Source: the human T2T-CHM13v2.0 reference genome, Homo sapiens. Taken from it: a stretch of DNA of 64,000 bases. Every line of letters starts with the position of its first letter. Position 1 is the stretch's first letter. Both the position numbers and the translations under genes were made by a program. Location: assembly GCF_009914755.1 (NCBI RefSeq), contig NC_060926.1; one strand, written 5' to 3'. Below are positions 15,386-29,682 of this stretch, one piece after another. The notes below the pieces were generated by a model that was not told where the DNA came from, ran no database searches, and saw only the letters and a list, made by a program, of their open reading frames with translations.

Positions 15386-15527
15386 TCTCAACTGGGTAAA
15401 ATGAGTGAACTAATAAAGTTAGTAAATTTCCCAGATAAAATATTTTTCTTTGTCATAATCTAAGCAAATATCAAGAATATTTTAATGTTTGATGGAAGGG
15501 GACCTGTTAGAACCAGCGTTTGTGTTA

Positions 15528-15776
15528 TTTAAATAATTTCAACATTTATTTTAGATTTAGGGGGTGCATGTGCAGGTTTGTTACATGGATGTATTGCATG
15601 ATGCTGAGGTTTAGGGTACGAATGATCCCACCACCCAGGTAGTAAGCATAGTACCCAATAGGTAGTTTTCCAGCCCTCCTCCACCCAGCAGTCCCCAGTG
15701 TTTATTGTTCCCAACTTTCTGTTCAGTGTTCCCAATGTTTAGGTCCCACTTATAAGTGAGGACATGCAATATTTGA
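15528..15776 (-). mobile_element. L1PA (L1PA15/16-like) 3' end
   Basis: ttttagatttagggggtgcatgtgcaggtttgttacatg...cccacttataagtgaggacatgc; agaaccag on both flanks is a possible TSD. Confidence 0.88.
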
Positions 15777-16480
15777 GAACCAGTATTCTAATAACTTAAA
15801 TCCAAAACTTGTAGATTCCAAAAAGACTGAAACAAGTCAATTTTACTTATAATTTGACTAAAGATATATTAATAGATCAATTTTCACTATGCTTTAGGTG
15901 ATATGGAATCTTAAATAAGCTTGAACTTCATGATAATGTTTTCCATGTTTTGTAATTCTGAAGTAATTAGGGTTCACTTTTTCCTAATCAAGGCCAAGAT
16001 CTTTCAACAGTTAAGATAATTCTAACAAAGAATCATTAATAATCAGCAAACTAACTCTTTTGTTATCTAGTACTTCACTTATTTAATATTCAGTTTCTAT
16101 TATTTTAGAAACAAAACTTCAACTCCTATCTTCAAGGTCTTTAAGTGCATTTATTTCTGTATTCCTGAAAGACAGCTTTTATCCAAGAAATAAAATTTAC
16201 TAAAATGTTAATACCCTAAGCAGTAAGACCCGAAACTTTAACCACCCTGCTCAATGTTGCATAAACAATCATGGAATTGTTAAGAATTCACTCTAAATGC
16301 GATGTCACGTGTTGAACATAAAATTCAACTCTCTTAATGAAGCAAGTAAACAAACTTCTTTGCACTTTGTAATATGTATATATTATCTACTGTAGTAATC
16401 TAAGAAGAAATAGATTCAGTTCCCACTTGTAAACAGAACCTCATTAAATGCATGAATATGTGGAAGAAATGTAAAAAAAA

Positions 16481-16660
16481 AGCATGGTCTAATGGTTAAG
16501 TGACTGTGATTGTCAGTCAATAAAAACGGTCCCCAATCTGTCACTGACTCCAGTATTTGTCCTTGGGAAAATATCCTGACTCTTTCACAGCTCTCAATTC
16601 ATCCTGTTTATAAAAGTGGTTTATGAAGTATTTTAGCATTTATAATGTGCTTAACAATAT
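16481..16660 (+). mobile_element. Ancient MIR3/MIR-like SINE remnant
   Basis: agcatggtctaatggttaag...ctgtcactgact...gtccttgggaaaat; tRNA-derived head plus degraded core. Confidence 0.45.
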
Positions 16661-17221
16661 TTCAAAACCCCAGTGTATGAATTATTACTTGTGTACAAAA
16701 CTATTTATAGGAATGTCAGTTTCAACATAATTAAAAATTAAATATACAGTTATAATTCCCTATTTTTAGTAAAAATTAGATTTTTAAAAAAATTTCAAGG
16801 TTCTGAATACCCTAAAAGTATTAGATAATTTCATATGCTATTTGCAAAATAATATTTTCATGCATTTTATTTGTTTTCAAAACCTCTCATTAAAGACTAC
16901 TTTTTAGTTACATTAACAAAAATCAAAGAAAATAATCTGAATCTATAATGATCTTTTAAAAATTCAAACTTGGTTTACCTAAACAAAACTGTATCATAGA
17001 ATTTTAACAACAATAACGAAAAATACCGTCCACTGTCTCAGTTAGAACTGCGCATCAAATGATAAACAGTTTACTTTCCAAATAATAAACAAAAATATTG
17101 ACCCTAAAATAGTTACGCTAAAATAATATGTTTTAAAAAATATATTGGTAATAAAAGGTAAATTTTAAAAAGATTTTCATTCCAACAAGCCAGGGAACAT
17201 ACTTGCCAATTTCTCTTTAAA

Positions 17222-17263
17222 AATATATAAGATATATATAATATATATAATAATATATAATAT
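17222..17263. repeat. (TA)n-rich simple repeat
   Basis: aatatataagatatatataatatatataataatatataatat. Confidence 0.7.
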
Positions 17264-18405
17264 GTTTTTAATAGAACATTGAGGCAGTCTAGTTAAAGCT
17301 GCCTAAATAACAAAACCTAGTCTCAGAAATGTGTTTCTGGACATTATTTAGCTAGTGTTCAAATAATAGTACAACCTGCATTACAAGCACCTCTTTTCTT
17401 TTTCAGTGCATACAAAACTCATGAGTTGGCATATATGATTTTGGTAAATACTAAAAGCTTTTGTATCTTCCATTAAATTTATTACACAACTTTCCTGTGT
17501 CTCAAACAATGATCATCTTAGAGGAAAGTAATAAGGAAAGTCATCAAGAAAATCAAGAAACAAAATAGGATAAAAGTGAAGTCTACTGGTGCTCACCATG
17601 CTGTGAAATACATTTTTAAAAAAAGATTGACTTATGGATGGACCAATTGGAGCATCTAGGAGGTGGGTATAAAATTCTTCCAACTTTTAAATATATCTGA
17701 AATTTTTTTGACAAAATATTAGAAAAGTAGAATCCAATTAATGTTCTTCATCAGAGCATTAAGTTCTAAAGGTGAGATATGAATGTCAATATTTTCTTTA
17801 GTATTTGTCCTTTTCTTTGAACATGCAATATTAAAATAACAGTCTAATAAAATGATTTAAGAAATCTATTAACCAACACTTCCTCTTTCCATCTCATAAA
17901 TTATACTTTAAAATCTATTCTGGGACAACTACTTGAAAAGCCAATGAGTCCCCTCCCAACATACACACTTAAGTTAAGAAATTCCAGGTAAAGCCCATTA
18001 AACGCTCTGACCCAAACCTAAGAAAGCAACACTTGTTTAAACAATGACTTCTCTTCCTATCCCTGAAATTAATGAGTCAACCATGTGAATACATTTATTG
18101 GTAAGAAGAAACAAGGACACAAGTACGGATCTGTTGGTTCAAATGATACAATATATATTATAACTAAAGCAAAATAAATTCATTTAAAATGTTTCCTTTG
18201 AATAACAATCTAAACATTTAATAAGTTCCAATTTCTAAAAATCACACAAAAATAAAGGCAACGAATATTCCAGGATTTTTAATGTAAACTCCCTTTGTTC
18301 AATTATACAAGAGTAATACTATTCCTCTATTTTGAGTATTTATTTTTAAATGGTACGATTTCTACCGATGGAAAGAATAACAGAGAATAAGAAATATACT
18401 ACTTG

Positions 18406-18721
<316 letters not shown>

Positions 18722-19154
18722 CTACTTGTACAGATATATGAAACAAACTCTCCTTTATGAAATATCCACCTTAAAGGAGATATGAGAAAATAAAATTTTT
18801 ACTTGTTTTTAAATGAAACTGTCTGGCAAATAGAGTATGGGGATATGGTATGCTAAAAAGAACTAGAAAATTCAGAGTCCAAAAGGATATTTGCAGAGGA
18901 GGAAAAGAAACAAAAGAGTAGAGAGCTGGGGAAAATAAAAGATAGGCTTAATTTGGTCCTGCTATTTGAAATTAGGTTGTATACTTGATTACTGGAGTTA
19001 AGAAAAATATTATGACCAAAGTTTGAAACAAAGTTTTCTACAAATTCATAGAGGACAAACATTTGGTCTATAGCATTAGCTTACTTCAGCGTTTTCAAAA
19101 TGCCATGAGCAGCTTGTAAGTAATGGTGATGGTAGTTAAGAAAGTAGGCCCTCT

Positions 19155-19446
19155 GCGCAGTGGCTCACGCCTGTAATCCCAGCACTTTGGGAGGCCGAGG
19201 CGGGCAGATCACTTGAGGTCAGGAGTTCAAGACCAGCCTGGCAAACATGGTGAAACCCCGTCTCTACTAAAAATACAAAAATTAGCTGAGCATGGTGGCG
19301 GGTGCTTGCAATCCAAGCTACTCGGGAGGCTAATCCAGGAGAATTGTTTAAACCCAGGAGACGGAGCTTGCAGTGAGCCGAGATAGCGCCACTGCACTCC
19401 AGCCTAGGCGACAGAACGAGACTCTGTCTCAAAAAAATAAAAAAAA
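19155..19446 (+). mobile_element. AluS (AluSz/Sx-like), a few 5' bases missing
   Basis: gcgcagtggctcacgcctgtaatccc... poly-A; TSD aaagtaggc(c/a)ctct. Confidence 0.95.
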
Positions 19447-20471
19447 AAAGTAGGCACTCTAACTGTCTCTATAATGGTTTTAAATGGTTATTTGAAGAAA
19501 AGGGTGACAGGAAAATGGGAAATTATTATTCTGAAAGAAATGAAAGTTATGCATAACGGCCTAGATATAGATATGAGTAAAGTATGTATTACAGGCATAA
19601 GTAATACAAATGACAGTGGACTCGATCTGGACCCAGAATGAGAAAACCTGGGTTCTATAATAATCCGGACTTTGCTCCAACAAAGCACATCTCCTCTTTG
19701 AAGCAGCTTCCTCCCTGCAAGATGAGAAGTCCCACCTGAATGTTCTCAAAAAGTCTTTCTGCATGTAAAATTTCATGTTTCTGTGGCATCAAAATATCTG
19801 GAACATTTTTAACTTGTGACCAAGATACTGTTTGATTATATACAAGGTTACACAAAGGATATATTTGATTATATACAGGGACATGTGGAAAAAAATAGGA
19901 AATCACATTGAGAAGAAATGAGGAATGCTCAGTGGTTTAAAATTCAGATGACGACGAACAACTTATGAGGATCAATCTTAGGTAGGACTGAGTAAAGTTT
20001 GAACAGAAAGATAAGGATAAAAAAGTTAACAACTGTGTCACCTCTGCATCCCTGAAAAAAAGAAATTACAAAAATATGAGGATTTAGGGAGTAAGAAGAT
20101 AACGTCCTGGACAAGAACAAATCCCAAAATAGAACCCAAATTAACATCTTTTTCATAGAAATTAAAATACTATCCACAATAATTTTGGTCAAAGATAATC
20201 AAAGGAAATGAAGAAATAAGAGATAAAGGCAAAGACAATCCACATATGATGATAATTCATGAGGGATAAAAAGCTACTTAGTGCTCAGATGCTTTAATGA
20301 CCTAGAGAAGTTAAGATGGGTAATAATATAAAGGATATCTCTGTAAGAGCTTTGTTTTATAATCTTATTTCTCAAGAGAAAAAATTATCAAAAAACAATT
20401 GTACATGTGTTATATATGTGGCATTTTTGTTTCATTTTGTATTATAAAAGAAAAGTTAAAAGTAAAAATGC

Positions 20472-21248
20472 ACTCTGTTTTTATGGGTTTTGATGCTTAT
20501 AAAATGTGATGAAACCTCTTTATAAAAAATATAAAATTAAATTTACAAAATTAGGTACAAATGTAAAAATTTATTTTTACTGTGAAACTAAATCACAACA
20601 GATTTCTTTCTATAAATCCAACAAATACCAACATTATCACATATTCAATTAGAAATATCATAGTTTAAATTATTGATTAACTGATATAATCTTATTCTAA
20701 TTGTTCCCACTTTTTGGCTGTGTACTCTGACCACCTCTTTACATGATGAAGATTTTGCAAAATCATTTTCTATAGGGAGAATAGGAAAATCATTCAAATC
20801 ATAAAAGTAGATGGCTTTTATGTTTCTTTCAACTTCACAACCTATTATCGGTTATTTTGTGTAAATTCTTAGAACACCTGCCAAACTTGGAGAAACATTC
20901 ATCAGGTTTATTCTATATGAGCTGTATGATTCAGAATAATTTTCTGACTCCACGCATTGCAAGCCTTGTTTCTCCTCCATTATCCACATATATATATCTA
21001 TAGCCAGGCATCATTGTGCATATGAGTGGCATTCTCCTGTCTTTGGCCCTTTTTTAAATATTATGAAGAGAAGTACTATGAAAGAAAAATCATGAAAAGA
21101 GAGCAATGTCAACTAACTATGGTTAAAATATATTTATATCATAATTTTAGAAAACCTTACAATTATGTGAACCCATTGTTATGCTCCCTTCCAATGCTTT
21201 GAATAAAGGTAGTTGGCAAAATTTCGTCTCACAGTGGATATGGCTCTA
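20472..21248. mobile_element. hAT-Tip100 DNA transposon, Arthur1-like
   Basis: gatgcttataaaatgtg...caaaattaggtacaaatgtaaaaatttattt at one end and gtgaacccattgttatgctcccttcc...cacagtggatatggctct at the other resemble Arthur1 termini; family assignment from memory. Confidence 0.5.
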
Positions 21249-21545
21249 TACAAAAGTGGCTTTATTTAAAAGAAGAAGAAGGAGTAAGGAATAAATCCAT
21301 TTTACAGCCATATAAGGGTATCTGTGAAGTGCAATGGGTTTGGTGAATTGGATCCATGGGCTCATATATTTTAGCCTTCTCTTTATTTTCTCTCTGTAAG
21401 CTTATGGAACACATATAACAAAAACTATAATTCTAAATAATTAATTATATGTAAATGTATGTCTGGAACTATATATTCTTATCAAACAAGAAACAAATTA
21501 ATACTCAGGAATCTCCTGATACATTCATGTTCATTTGCAGTTATT

Positions 21546-21969
21546 TGTATTGGGTTGAAGATTGTCCCCTCAAATTCATTTGACCTTATTTGGAATAAGG
21601 TCAATTTGCAGATGTGATTAAGGTAAAGTTCATGATAAGACCACAGTGAATTAGGGTGGGCCCTAAATCTTTTGAAATATCTTACAAGAAAGAAAAAAGG
21701 AGAAGATAAGGAGAAGGCTGCATGAAGATGGAGGCAGAGGTTTCAATGGTGTGTCTACAAGCCAAGGAATGGCAAGGAATGCCAGCCACCACCAGAAGCG
21801 AGGAGAGAAACGTGTGACAGGTTCTGCTTGAGAGCTTCCAAAGGAACCAACCCTGTTGACAACTCAGTTTGGGACTTCTGGCTTCCAGAACTGTGAGAGA
21901 ACAAATTTCTGTTGTTTTACCCACTCAGTTTGTGATAATTTCTTACAGCAGCCCCAGGAAATTAATGCA
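21546..21969 (+). mobile_element. MaLR solo LTR (MLT1B/C-like)
   Basis: tg...ca termini; gaccttatttggaataagg, gaagatggaggcagag, caagccaaggaa, ggcttccagaactgtgagagaacaaatttctgttgtttta. Confidence 0.88.
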
Positions 21970-24900
21970 CTTTCTATATAGAAACATTACCAAATTGGTT
22001 AGCATGACAGTGGATTTGTAAACTGTCTTTTTATATGCGTGCCTAAAAACTCAAGAAATAAAGGGATTCCTCTTGGATTACAGCAAAAATATTTTCACAG
22101 CGGACTTCTATGCACCAAATTGCGTTTTTGCAGCCCCTGTAGAGCAAATACTGTGTTAAATGTTCAAACATCTGAGATGTCAACATGGGAAAATAAATGA
22201 TCCTTCATTTCTGGAAAAAATTAACAATTCTATAAAGTAAATTGCTTTTTAATAAAAACTGTATTAATACATTATAATATAATTTTATGCTTAATACATT
22301 TTTCTCTAATTTTCAAAATTTGTATTGGTCCCATAATAAAAGAGTTCCGAAAACTATGTTAATAACCCATCCTAGGGAGAAAAAACAGTAAAACTTGACC
22401 ACCAGAATCAACTTTCCATTTTTCCTTTTTTTTCATAATTAGATTCTCTCACATTCTCTCTTTTCACTTTGGATTGCAAGATTCTAATAATAATAATATT
22501 AAATATTAATTAATAATCACTTCTCAGATGCCATTGTAATTGTTAGACCCTTTGTAATATCTATGGCTTGTCTGTCCTACTAAATGGTAAGCTCCTATAT
22601 TGCTGTGGTCATGTTGTGTACAACTTTTTCTTTGCTTACTATGCCTGGAATAGTGCTGGAAATCTCTTAGATATATGTTATATGCTTATTGCCTTGGTTG
22701 AATTTGTTATATCAACTACAATGTGGATGGCTCCACAGAAAGGGGCTAAGTTTCAAAATCTCTTCAAGTGTAATGGACTACCAAGCAATCCATGTGAGAA
22801 TATTTGCATTCCTGTTAGCACAAAATTAAACCCATACCCAATGTATTTAGACAGTGCTCTGTAGCTATGCGCCTGGCTTTCCTTTCACTAAGGAAAAGCT
22901 CTCGTTGGTCATATTTAACCGTGCTGGTGGAAGGCCAAGGAAAAGCTCTTCATTAACATATACTCAGTAATTACCAAAGGCACATAGACACATCTCATTT
23001 CTACCCTGCCATTATGCTCACTGGCCTGGAAAATGGGATTGGGCCAAGTGGAACTGTCCCAAGCACTTGCACTGTATATTACTGGAAGAAGAAACACACA
23101 GTGGGCTCTACAGACAAGAACTCTCTCTGTGTACCTAGCAAACTTCCTGTGGACAGTTTTTACAGAGGTCCTGGTCAAAATTATCAAGATAGGTTTACTA
23201 CTAGGCATTGTCATTCTGCTTTAAACTATCATGATTACATTAAGGATGTTATTTCAATTAAAATGATTTTAAATTATTAAATTCATAAATATTATAAAAT
23301 GGGAATTAAGTTTCTCTCATATTTTATTTTATGTCTAAATCTGAGATCAGAAAAAAAGCACCGTGAATATTATGTGTAGAAAAGGTTCACATTTAAATCT
23401 TTAGTCTACTAAATGAAAAGGTAATAGAAAAGTAACCTGAGTAAATGATCACGTGAATGAACAACAAAATGCTGTCTACAGGCTCATTATAAAGTCATCT
23501 GAAATAAATAAACTCTGGATAGCTACTGGTGGCAGTGTTTCCTTCATCATATTTCCACATAGGAATGGAAGTGGAATTAGACTAGTTGGCTGCCTCCTAC
23601 TGTCTCTATTCTTCCCCTGGAAAATCCCCTATGTGGAGAGGGGCCCACTGGGGTCCATTCTAACATGCTGCAGGAGAGGCACAAGGGTAGATATGTGCTA
23701 TCACTTATTCCTTCTATCAATAGATATTCAGTGCTCAGGACACTACACTTAACAAAGGGAAGACAAATAGGACCAGGCCCCTGCCCTTGAGAAGCTCACA
23801 ATCTATAGCATAAAACAGAATATATATTATACTTATTTTCTATAGGTCTCAATGCCATGGTACGTGTATACACATGACACCCTAGGAGACTGATAGAGAT
23901 AAACAAAATGAAGCAATCATTTTATGCTGTCTGAAAGGTCATAAAAGCTTTCATCAAGAAGGTGAATTATTGTACATGTGTAGATATCTGAGTTGATAAT
24001 GAGATATCAATTATTAGATTTCTTTATAGATTTAACTTAATAACAGTAAAAGAAAGAATCCATTTCCTAAGAAACACATTTATAGCTCCTATCCTAAGAA
24101 CTGCCAGATAGAGTAAGAGAGAAGTGGAGTCTATCTCATTGGCTTTGGGGGTCTCTAATGTTTCTTTAAAATATAATCATATCTTTCAGTTTTTTTCTTC
24201 ACTGCCCAAAGATGACACTGTCCTCCCAGTTCCACTCAGCATAAAAAATTACAATATACAGATCCCAAAACTTATTAATGTAACTTAAAAGACAAGAAAG
24301 GGAGATTGAAAGCTGAATTTGCAAAATATACTCCATGATACAATAAAACCCTTCTCTGCTTAGACTGTAAACCAACAGACTGTGTCTAATCCATCAATTA
24401 CTTTGTCTTTCTGAATTAGCTTAAAAGTGGGTGGTAAATGATCAAACACATTTTAAATATAAAGCCAGCAGAGAGTCACATGGGGTCCTTTTATGAATCA
24501 AAGTTTTCACTTCTCCATGTCCTATGTGTTACTGTAACCACTGAAGTGGCATATAGTATATAGGACACAGAGAGCCACCTCGCTAATCGGTCCCCACAGA
24601 CCTGATGGTGCTCTCTGCTGCAAAAGCAATTTTCATTTTGAACTCCAATACCCTTTAAGAGAACCCTTCAAAAATAATCATATCACAGTTTGAGTGACTA
24701 GAGCCTCCGTCTCAATTGCATGCCCCCCTCTCCTATTCTGTGTCTCCTTCCCCCTTCCTTTGCCCTTAACTTTATGCCTAGAGATGAAATTCCTTTCATT
24801 TTCTTTTCCTGGAAACTAATACGAGGAGGAGGGATATTGTTATACTAGATATTAAATAATTTTTTTCTCAAATATCTTTTCTTTCAAAATAAGATATAAC

Positions 24901-26218
24901 CATACCAAAAGAAGGACTTCTAATCAGAGATTTCTATCCTGAGGCAGAAGAGCTTTTCTTTTTGAATGGAAAATCATTCTATGAGGAAAGTCTGCATCAA
25001 AAATCAAACAAGGACTGTTGTTACAAAAGAGAAACCTGCCAGCAGTTTCAGGGTAACTTGATGGTTCTTTCTTGGGTCTTTCTTAGTGGGCTCTAAAGAG
25101 GCTTTCGATTTTTTTAAAGGAGAATCTCAAGGCAGTTACCTCCTGAAACTACTCATCTTTCACTACTGCTGCTAAGAAGAATGCTTTCAAATGGAACTGC
25201 ACAGCCTCCTCTCTAGGAGATCATCCTACAGATGAATGAAGTGCTGGTAAAGAAAAAGCCTCATATTTCACCTGAAAAGTAGAATTGGTGACAGGATTAT
25301 TATTATTATTAGTGGAATATTCTCAGACTATTTCTTCAGGCTGACAAAATATTTCAAAATAAAGAAAATATTGCCAACTAAGTTTGAAATTAGAATGACT
25401 GCTAAATTAAAGCTGATTATAAATTAGGTTTTAGATTAAATAAAAAGGTTAAAAAAACACAACAAATTAAATGAGAAGTTCTATTCAGTTTTGTCCACAT
25501 AGTATCAGACATTACCCACACTATATTCTTAATTTTGATTTATTTGCATCGGACTTAACGAAGAGAACCTATGCTAATCCATAGTTATGTAACTAGTGTA
25601 TACCTGAAGTTTGGGGCTTTGAAATCTGAATTGAGCAGATAAACAAATGCCTAAATATGTAGTGTAGATCATTAAATGCTACTCGGAGCTTTTCTAAATT
25701 ACAGCTGTGCACACAGAGTATAAAAATGCCAAAATATTACACACCACCAAATTCAGTTGCCTCTTGCTCAACAAGCCTTAATCAAATGGGAAAAGTTAAA
25801 TTGAAGAGCTGCTTTGTGAACATGCATTTCAATAAACCATAATGTTTGTAAAATCAGAACATGGGAAAAGAGAATTATCAATAGAAAGAAAATAATTCCC
25901 CATGAAAATTACCATTTACCATTTTTCAAGTACAAATTTAGGGAATATTACTGCATACTGATACATAGTGATTGGAGGCTCATAGATAAAAAAAGATTCC
26001 AGAATCTATATACAAGTTAAAAACAAGAACAAAAAACTTCTGTGACCTATATTTGAATAGGTCTAGGTTAACAGTTTACCTTAGCTTATTTTAGTGTATA
26101 CTTTTCAGGTGACTGCTTTAGTAGAGAAACTCAGCATTGAAATAAGGTATCTTCATTGGTTTACATTAATAAAATACAACAGCCCCTACTCCCTAAAAAT
26201 CATAGTTCTCATTTCTTT

Positions 26219-26424
26219 TTTTTTTCTTTTTTTTTTTTTTATTATACTTTAAGTTTTAGGGTACATGTGCACAATGTGCAGGTTTGTTACATATGTATAC
26301 ATGTGCCATGCTGGTGTGATGCACCCATTAACTCTTCATTTAACGTTAGGTGTATCTCCTAATGCTATCCCTCCCCCCTTCCCCCACCCCACAACAGGCC
26401 CCGGTGTGTGATGTTCCCCTTCCT
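26219..26424 (-). mobile_element. Young L1PA (L1PA3-5-like), 5'-truncated, ~200 bp
   Basis: poly-T then attatactttaagttttagggtacatgtgcacaatgtgcagg...; exact 14-bp TSD gttctcatttcttt at 26205-26218 and 26425-26438. Confidence 0.93.
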
Positions 26425-27202
26425 GTTCTCATTTCTTTATCATGGCCAGACTTCAAAATTTCTATACCTGGCACTATTAGATCTGGCACCAGAGAGAATT
26501 ATATAGCCCAACAGCAATCTATTTATCATATTAGGTAATTCTTAGTAAATCAGGGATATTTTGGGAGATGACCATATCACAAGACAGGGCAATCTTAATT
26601 ACAATATCTACATATCAACAGAGTGCTATGCCCAATACAGAACAAATCTTTTTAGCAGAGAAGACTTAAACATCACCACTATATCAAATGCCTGATGCAA
26701 TTTCTAGTTAGCATTCTCTAGAAGAGGGTAGGAACCATAAATGTTATCTCACAAAAGCTGAGGCAGTTTGGGAGGGGGAGCAGAAAAGTTTGCCTGGGGT
26801 TAGCATGTGGCCAAGATATTTCACTGCAATTCTCTGTATGATAGCCTGAAATTTTCAAGAATAGAAATTGTTTTGATTATACTTTCAATTTAGATCCTCT
26901 GATTTAATGAGATAGAAATGACAGATTTTAAGAAAAGTGAGACAAAAAATGGAATAGCACAAAAATCAAGATCTTAGTGGGAACAAAATCATATAAAGTT
27001 CCTTGCAGCTCTTTGAAACATTAATTTTCGTATGTGCTGTGCTAACATGCTTTGGGACACATGACTTAATATAAATATATAAATATCTATGTATTAGCAT
27101 TTCTATCAAAATACACAGGGACATAATGAAAAAATTGCATTTTTGAAAGAATAAAGTAAAAACATTATCTAAGTTAATTCACACATGCATTTCATTCTAT
27201 TT

Positions 27203-27423
27203 CAAGGGTCAAGAAACTTCTGCAAAGGTTTGGATAGCAAGTACTTTAGGCTTACTAGGCCATATAATGTCTGTCAAAAGTACTCAAATCTATATTGTAG
27301 GAGGAAAGCAGTCATAGATAATAGATAAACAAATGATTGGGGCTGTTTTCCAATAACACTTTATTTATAAAAAACAGCTGGTGAGCCAGATTTGATCCTT
27401 GGGTAATAGTTTGCCAAATCCTG
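27203..27423. mobile_element. MER58A hAT-Charlie DNA transposon
   Basis: caagggtcaagaaact...gaaagcagtcatagataat...ggctgttttccaataacactttattta...tagtttgccaaatcctg. Confidence 0.82.
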
Positions 27424-29099
27424 CTCTAGTCTCATGAACTAGGAGGGATGCTGAGCTGAAATTTTTTCTGTATAGCATTATAAATTATTCACATTGTCAC
27501 ACTTTGTTCCTTTTTTATTGAATTATCATACCAGAAAGAAACACTAGTAGTACTCAAAATAATTCCAGGGAGTTTAACTTCTGTCTATTCAAAAAACCAT
27601 TAGCACTTTCACTCTTTTGCAATAATAAAATGATTTAAAATACAGGCAAAAAGAAAAAAAATGTAGTTTTAAAATCCTTTCAGTTATATAATGCACATGA
27701 TGTGCAATGGAAAATAAACACAAATGGGTACTTGAAAGAGAGAGCAGAAATTCCCAGAAAACAATGGAGACCTGTCACCACACAGCTACATAAATTTCTA
27801 TAGTTCAAAAAGGTTACTTGCCCTTTTAATGTTGCTGTGATTCAATTGTACAGATGGGAGTTACACTGACTACACGTCCACCTTAATGCCATTTACTCAC
27901 ATCCCCAGGAAGCTATATGCCAGTGAGAAATCAGAAATATAGGAGAGTAGATCAATGAACATGCTTTGTGTTGAGTATGCCCAATTCATACCTTAACAAC
28001 ATACAAAATCAGGATGCAGCTCTACCCATGTGTGTTCATACTTATTCATGTGTGGGGAAAGCCAGCTGATTGGCATGATCCACATCCATCAAAAGCATGT
28101 GGATATGCCATCAACTGATAGAAAGGAGTCTTGCAATACTTACAGTGTAGACTTTTGCCCTTAGATATTATTTGTGCAATTAAGTATATGTACTCAATTT
28201 AAAATTCAATGTAATAAGGTTAAATACTTAGAGATAGCTATGGTCATACAAATAAACATGGGATGAAGAATTACAAGTTTTTGTGTCTAAAGTGTTGATA
28301 TAATGAGATTCAAAGACCCAGAGTCAAGAATTGTAATACTCAAGTCTAGTTTCTTTCTACTTTATGAATAAATAGTCATGGAAGTGTGAGGAAGAAATAT
28401 CACAACTTTTACATGCTAAGCCCAATTGAGTGTTCACTGATTGATACTCTACTCTTTGCCTTGTTTCCTGCTGGTAGGTACACTCCTTTATTCTCTGTCC
28501 ATAATTAGGCTCTGTAACACCAAGTGCCTCTAAGTATCACGTCAAAGAAATTCAATATTTCTGCCTGCTTCCTCCGTAGTTTTTTTCTTTACTGTTGTGT
28601 GTGCTTAGTGACTATAGCACAGAGACTAAGAAAACTATTCTGTATCAGAAATTCCATAAAGTGACTAAGGAGTTTTGTCATTTGCTCCTCTGAAGCTGCA
28701 TTTATCAGATTTTACCAGGGATGGTAAATTAAACAGAATTTTTATAATCTGTGTCAGAACTGTCATTAATAATATGCAATATACACTTAAAAGATAATAT
28801 TGTTGCCACTTCTGATGACCAAAAGAGTAGACATGGTAAGAAAGTATTGACAAACAAAATAGATTATGACATTAGAGGAAAAAATGTTAGTATATGCTAA
28901 TAAAAAACTTAAAATGGAAGGATTTATGCAGTTTGGATGTCTGTACTGAAATTGTCACTTAGCTCAAGTCACAAGATCTTTGCACTTGAACAGCTTTCTC
29001 CAAGTTCTTCCTATGGCTTGTTCTCTTTCATTCTTTACTCCTCAGTGAACATATCGTTTTTACCTCGCATTCTCTCAGTGATTCCTCCTCCCATCGTTT

Positions 29100-29682
29100 A
29101 TTTTCTACGGCAGATTCAACATTGTTGGTAATTCTTTGATAGTTCTCCCATTGAAAAATAGTGAAGGAGTCAATATTTGAATCTGGGCTGCACCATGACC
29201 AAAAGTGAATTGCCAGAAACGACACTATGCCACTTCTGGTCTAATCTTTAAGAGGCCTGGAACTTTCTACGTTTTTTGGCCTTGAAATATTTACTCTTGG
29301 AGCCCTAAACCACCATGTAACAAGTCTGATTTCCCTGAGGTTCTTATGTTGTAAGAAAGCTCAAGCTAGCTATTTGGAAAGGTCTGTTCAGGGAGAGAGA
29401 AAGCGGGGGAAATGAAGAAAGAGAGAATGATTGAGAGGGAGCTATTGGGAGAGGAGGAGAGAAATAGAGAGAGAGAGAGACCTGACTATTTCCCAGCTTT
29501 CCAGACCCTGGACATTCAATCATTTAAATGGAAACCCTAGACATCGTGGAACGGAGGCATGCCATCCACACTATGTCCTGCCCAATATCTGTCCCAGAGA
29601 ATGAGATAAAATTCTGTTATTATAAATTGTTTTTAGCCAATGAGTTTTGCAGTGCACTGCTATGTAGTAATTGATAACTACA
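29100..29682 (+). mobile_element. MaLR LTR (MLT1H/G-like) with internal GA-rich tract
   Basis: ttgaatctgggctg, actcttggagccctaaaccaccatgtaacaagtc, ctagacatcgtggaacggagg, tgctatgtagtaattgataac. Confidence 0.7.
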
